DNA of 64,000 bases from contig JAUSED010000009.1 in NCBI GenBank assembly GCA_030650425.1, positions 223,002 through 287,001 on the forward strand, given 5' to 3'. Within the stretch, counting starts at the first letter, position 1. Each line of letters starts with the position of its first letter. The translations under genes and the position numbers were made by a program. Source of the stretch: Candidatus Omnitrophota bacterium. GTDB taxonomy: Bacteria; Omnitrophota; Gorgyraeia; Gygaellales; Profunditerraquicolaceae. The notes below the pieces were generated by a model. That model was not told the origin of the DNA, searched no databases, and was given only the letters and a program-made list of their open reading frames with translations. Positions 61,584-64,000 of the stretch are shown here, in pieces.

Positions 61584-64000
61584 ACAGCTACAGCCGCCGC
61601 ATCCTCTTCCTTCTCCTTCTTCTCGTTAGCAAACTTAACAGAAACAATCTTGGATATTCCGGAATTCTGCATAGTAATTCCATACATCACATTGGCATTA
61701 ATAATAGTCTTTTTGTTATGCGTGATGACGATGAATTGCGAGCCGCGGGCAAATTCCTGTAAAACCCGGGAAAATTTATCTACGTTCGCTTCGTCTAAAG
61801 CCGCGTCGATTTCATCCAATATGCAGAACGGCGATGGCTTGACTTTAAATATGGCAAAGATGAGCGCGATTGCCGACATAGATTTTTCTCCGCCTGATAA
61901 CAAAAGCACATTCTGCAATTTCTTCCCCGGAGGACGGCAGATAATTTCAATCCCCGACTCAAGCGGGTCATTCTCGTCAAGCAGATAGACTTGGGCGTCG
62001 CCTCCGCCAAAAAGCAGGCGGAAATAATTACGGAACTCTTCGCGCACCTTCTCGAATGTTTCCATAAACATCTGTTTAGTGGTCCGGTTAATCTTCAATA
62101 TCGCTTGATGCAACGCGACTTTGGCGCCGGCCAAATCCGTCTGCTGCTGGATTAAGAAGTCATAGCGTTTTTTAAGTTCATCGTATTCTTCGATCGCTAC
62201 CAAATTCACCGATCCGCAGGCATCTACTTTTTTCTTTAGCTCAGTAATCTCCTGAGCCAGGGTCGCTAGATCTATCCCTTCAGGAAGAATCTCAATCTCT
62301 GCTAAATCAATTTTATAAGCCTGGAGCATCCTCTCTTTCATCCCAGAATATTTGTAATCTATCTCTTTATCCCGCATCTGTAATTCGTACAGCTTGTTTT
62401 TAAGCATATCCAAATCTTTTCGATTAGCCTCAATCTTAGCCGTTAACCCGCCGGCGCCTTCAGAGAGCTCGGCATAATGCGATTCTTCCGCTCTTAATAG
62501 CCCAGCCTTACTTTCCAAATCTTGCTTATGCTCGCTAATTTTAAGCTCGCATATCTTAACCTCTTCCCGCAAGGATAAAACCTTATTCGCGGAATCATCG
62601 ATTTGTTTTTCCGTGTTCTTTAAATTTTCCTTATCCCGGTTAAAGGTATCCTCTAAAATACTCAGGGTCTGTTCATCTGAAATTATTTTCTTGTGCAAAG
62701 ACTCTAACTCTGTCTTGACTTGGGTAATCGCTACCAATAATCCCTCTCTGGACTTACTGTTTGAAGAAACACTATCCTCTTCTTTAAGAATGGAGTCTTC
62801 AGAAAGGCGCTGCGTGTTATTTAACTCTGCCAGTATGTTTTGCGCGGTAGAAATATTTGCCTCCAAAACAGAGAGTTCTTTTTGGGTATCATTAAGCTCT
62901 AAGACAATGATGTCCTCTTCCTCTTTTATCTTATTAAACTGCTCCAGTATCGTCGATGATTGGGTCTCCTTATTGGCCAGGTTAATCTCCTGCGAGCGCA
63001 ATTCCTGCTGCAGAGAAAGGACCGATTTATTCAACCCTTCTATACCGGCTTCTTTTAGTTGTTTTGTATTCTTCAGAGAATCTAATTCCGCCATAATCCC
63101 GGCAATCTTTTCATCGATCTTACGGGTGTCGAGCTCAATGGGTTTAGCCTCTCCGGAAAGTTTAAAATTAGCCGGTAGATATGCTTTATCTTCGTCACTC
63201 AACTCCCCAAAAGTATTGACCTTAATCACTAATCCGCTGGTTTTTTCAGCCGGGAGCTTATCCAGATAAACAACCGCGTTCATTGTTTCACTGATATCAA
63301 GATATTTTTCTTTTAACTTCTCGAGAAATTCCTTATGTGACTCCAAGGCGAGCATCTGTTTTTCCAGCTCCGTGATCTGCGCGTTTGTATTGGTTAAGGC
63401 CAAGCCCTCTTTTTCCAACTCTAGATTAACTCCGCCAATCTTTTGGAGCAAATCTTCGATTACTCGCTTAACCGAATCGACTTCCTGAGTAATCTTCTTC
63501 AGGCTTTCTTCGGTAATTGCCTTTTCTTCATAAACCTTAGCCTTATCGATCTCGAGCCTCTTGCGCCGCGCAAGAAATACCTGTTGGGAAGATGTAAAAT
63601 CGGCAATCTGGTTCCTGGCAGCGGCTATCTTTACCACTGATTCCATTATTTCCTTCTTCAAATCTACGATCCGGGATAATGAATTCTTGATGTTTACGGC
63701 GAGCAAATTAATCTGGCCTTCTTTCTCCGCCAAGGCGAGGGATTTTTCTTCGATAGCGCTTTTTAAACCAAGATACTCTCCTTTTACCTCTTTCAGCTTC
63801 TCTTCATCGACAATCAGCTTGATCCTCACCTCTCCAATCTGCTCAGCTAGAGCCGCCTTTGCCTTCTCTAACTCAGCGGCCTTTTCTTGATTGAAACTTA
63901 TACGCTCGTTATTTCTGATGACCTGGCTCTCTAAATTCAAAATCTCATTCTTGAACGACATTATACTATCTTCCAACGCCTTTAATTCACTTGCGCGGGA
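61580..64000 (-). CDS. smc: chromosome segregation protein SMC, 3' (C-terminal) portion; gene continues beyond the window end
   Basis: Long coiled coil, hinge region, C-terminal signature LSGGEKSMSAIALIFAIFKVKPSPFCILDEIDAALD. Confidence 0.85.
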   Translation of the reverse strand, partial: SRASELKALEDSIMSFKNEILNLESQVIRNNERISFNQEKAAELEKAKAALAEQIGEVRIKLIVDEEKLKEVKGEYLGLKSAIEEKSLALAEKEGQINLLAVNIKNSLSRIVDLKKEIMESVVKIAAARNQIADFTSSQQVFLARRKRLEIDKAKVYEEKAITEESLKKITQEVDSVKRVIEDLLQKIGGVNLELEKEGLALTNTNAQITELEKQMLALESHKEFLEKLKEKYLDISETMNAVVYLDKLPAEKTSGLVIKVNTFGELSDEDKAYLPANFKLSGEAKPIELDTRKIDEKIAGIMAELDSLKNTKQLKEAGIEGLNKSVLSLQQELRSQEINLANKETQSSTILEQFNKIKEEEDIIVLELNDTQKELSVLEANISTAQNILAELNNTQRLSEDSILKEEDSVSSNSKSREGLLVAITQVKTELESLHKKIISDEQTLSILEDTFNRDKENLKNTEKQIDDSANKVLSLREEVKICELKISEHKQDLESKAGLLRAEESHYAELSEGAGGLTAKIEANRKDLDMLKNKLYELQMRDKEIDYKYSGMKERMLQAYKIDLAEIEILPEGIDLATLAQEITELKKKVDACGSVNLVAIEEYDELKKRYDFLIQQQTDLAGAKVALHQAILKINRTTKQMFMETFEKVREEFRNYFRLLFGGGDAQVYLLDENDPLESGIEIICRPPGKKLQNVLLLSGGEKSMSAIALIFAIFKVKPSPFCILDEIDAALDEANVDKFSRVLQEFARGSQFIVITHNKKTIINANVMYGITMQNSGISKIVSVKFANEKKEKEEDAAAVAV

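Overview
AT-rich (~40% GC) bacterial chromosomal window, probably Gram-negative: SurA, a lipobox lipoprotein and type IV pilus genes are present. Almost every gene is on the minus strand.

From about 12.1 to 42.3 kb the window holds an uninterrupted, conserved ribosomal/translation superoperon in canonical order, read on the minus strand: tRNA-Thr, rpmG, tRNA-Trp, secE, nusG, rplKAJL, rpoBC, rpsLG, fusA, tuf, the S10, spc and alpha operons, ending at rplQ. It lacks rpmD (L30). rpmG, rpmJ and the two tRNAs are missing from the ORF track and were found by hand.

The first 11 kb is more accessory-like. It holds a GAF-HD-GYP c-di-GMP phosphodiesterase and a PilV/PilW/PilX minor-pilin cluster. These sit beside a free lipoyl-domain protein, LipB and LpdA. 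Further along are Mdh, an Icd-like dehydrogenase, and a LeuC/LeuD-type dehydratase split by pilT.

The right part (42 to 64 kb) carries ksgA, pdxA, surA, a compact mfd, secDF, yajC, rpsP and a TrpE-like enzyme. It also carries a his cluster (hisI, hisF, hisA, hisH, hisB, hisD) with a lipoprotein gene inserted between hisF and hisA. Beyond that are alaS, recX and recA, a divergently oriented GAF-GGDEF cyclase (the only plus-strand gene) and the 3' part of smc.

I found no defense system, CRISPR array, prophage or IS element. The most unusual content is non-coding. There are four families of repeated structured intergenic elements. One is a 13-bp palindromic-unit array at three loci. One is an 85-bp two-hairpin element upstream of both rpsJ and rplL. 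One is a GGACnGTCC element upstream of both rplA and rpoB. The last is a set of CCCGCC/GGCGGG hairpins abutting Shine-Dalgarno sites. Separately, a 155-bp element bounded by a perfect 21-bp inverted repeat and built from hexamer/heptamer tandem repeats fills the lpdA-lipB gap. An inverted repeat in the rpmJ leader could sequester the ribosome-binding site. In-frame heptanucleotide tandem repeats sit inside hisF, hisH and pdxA.
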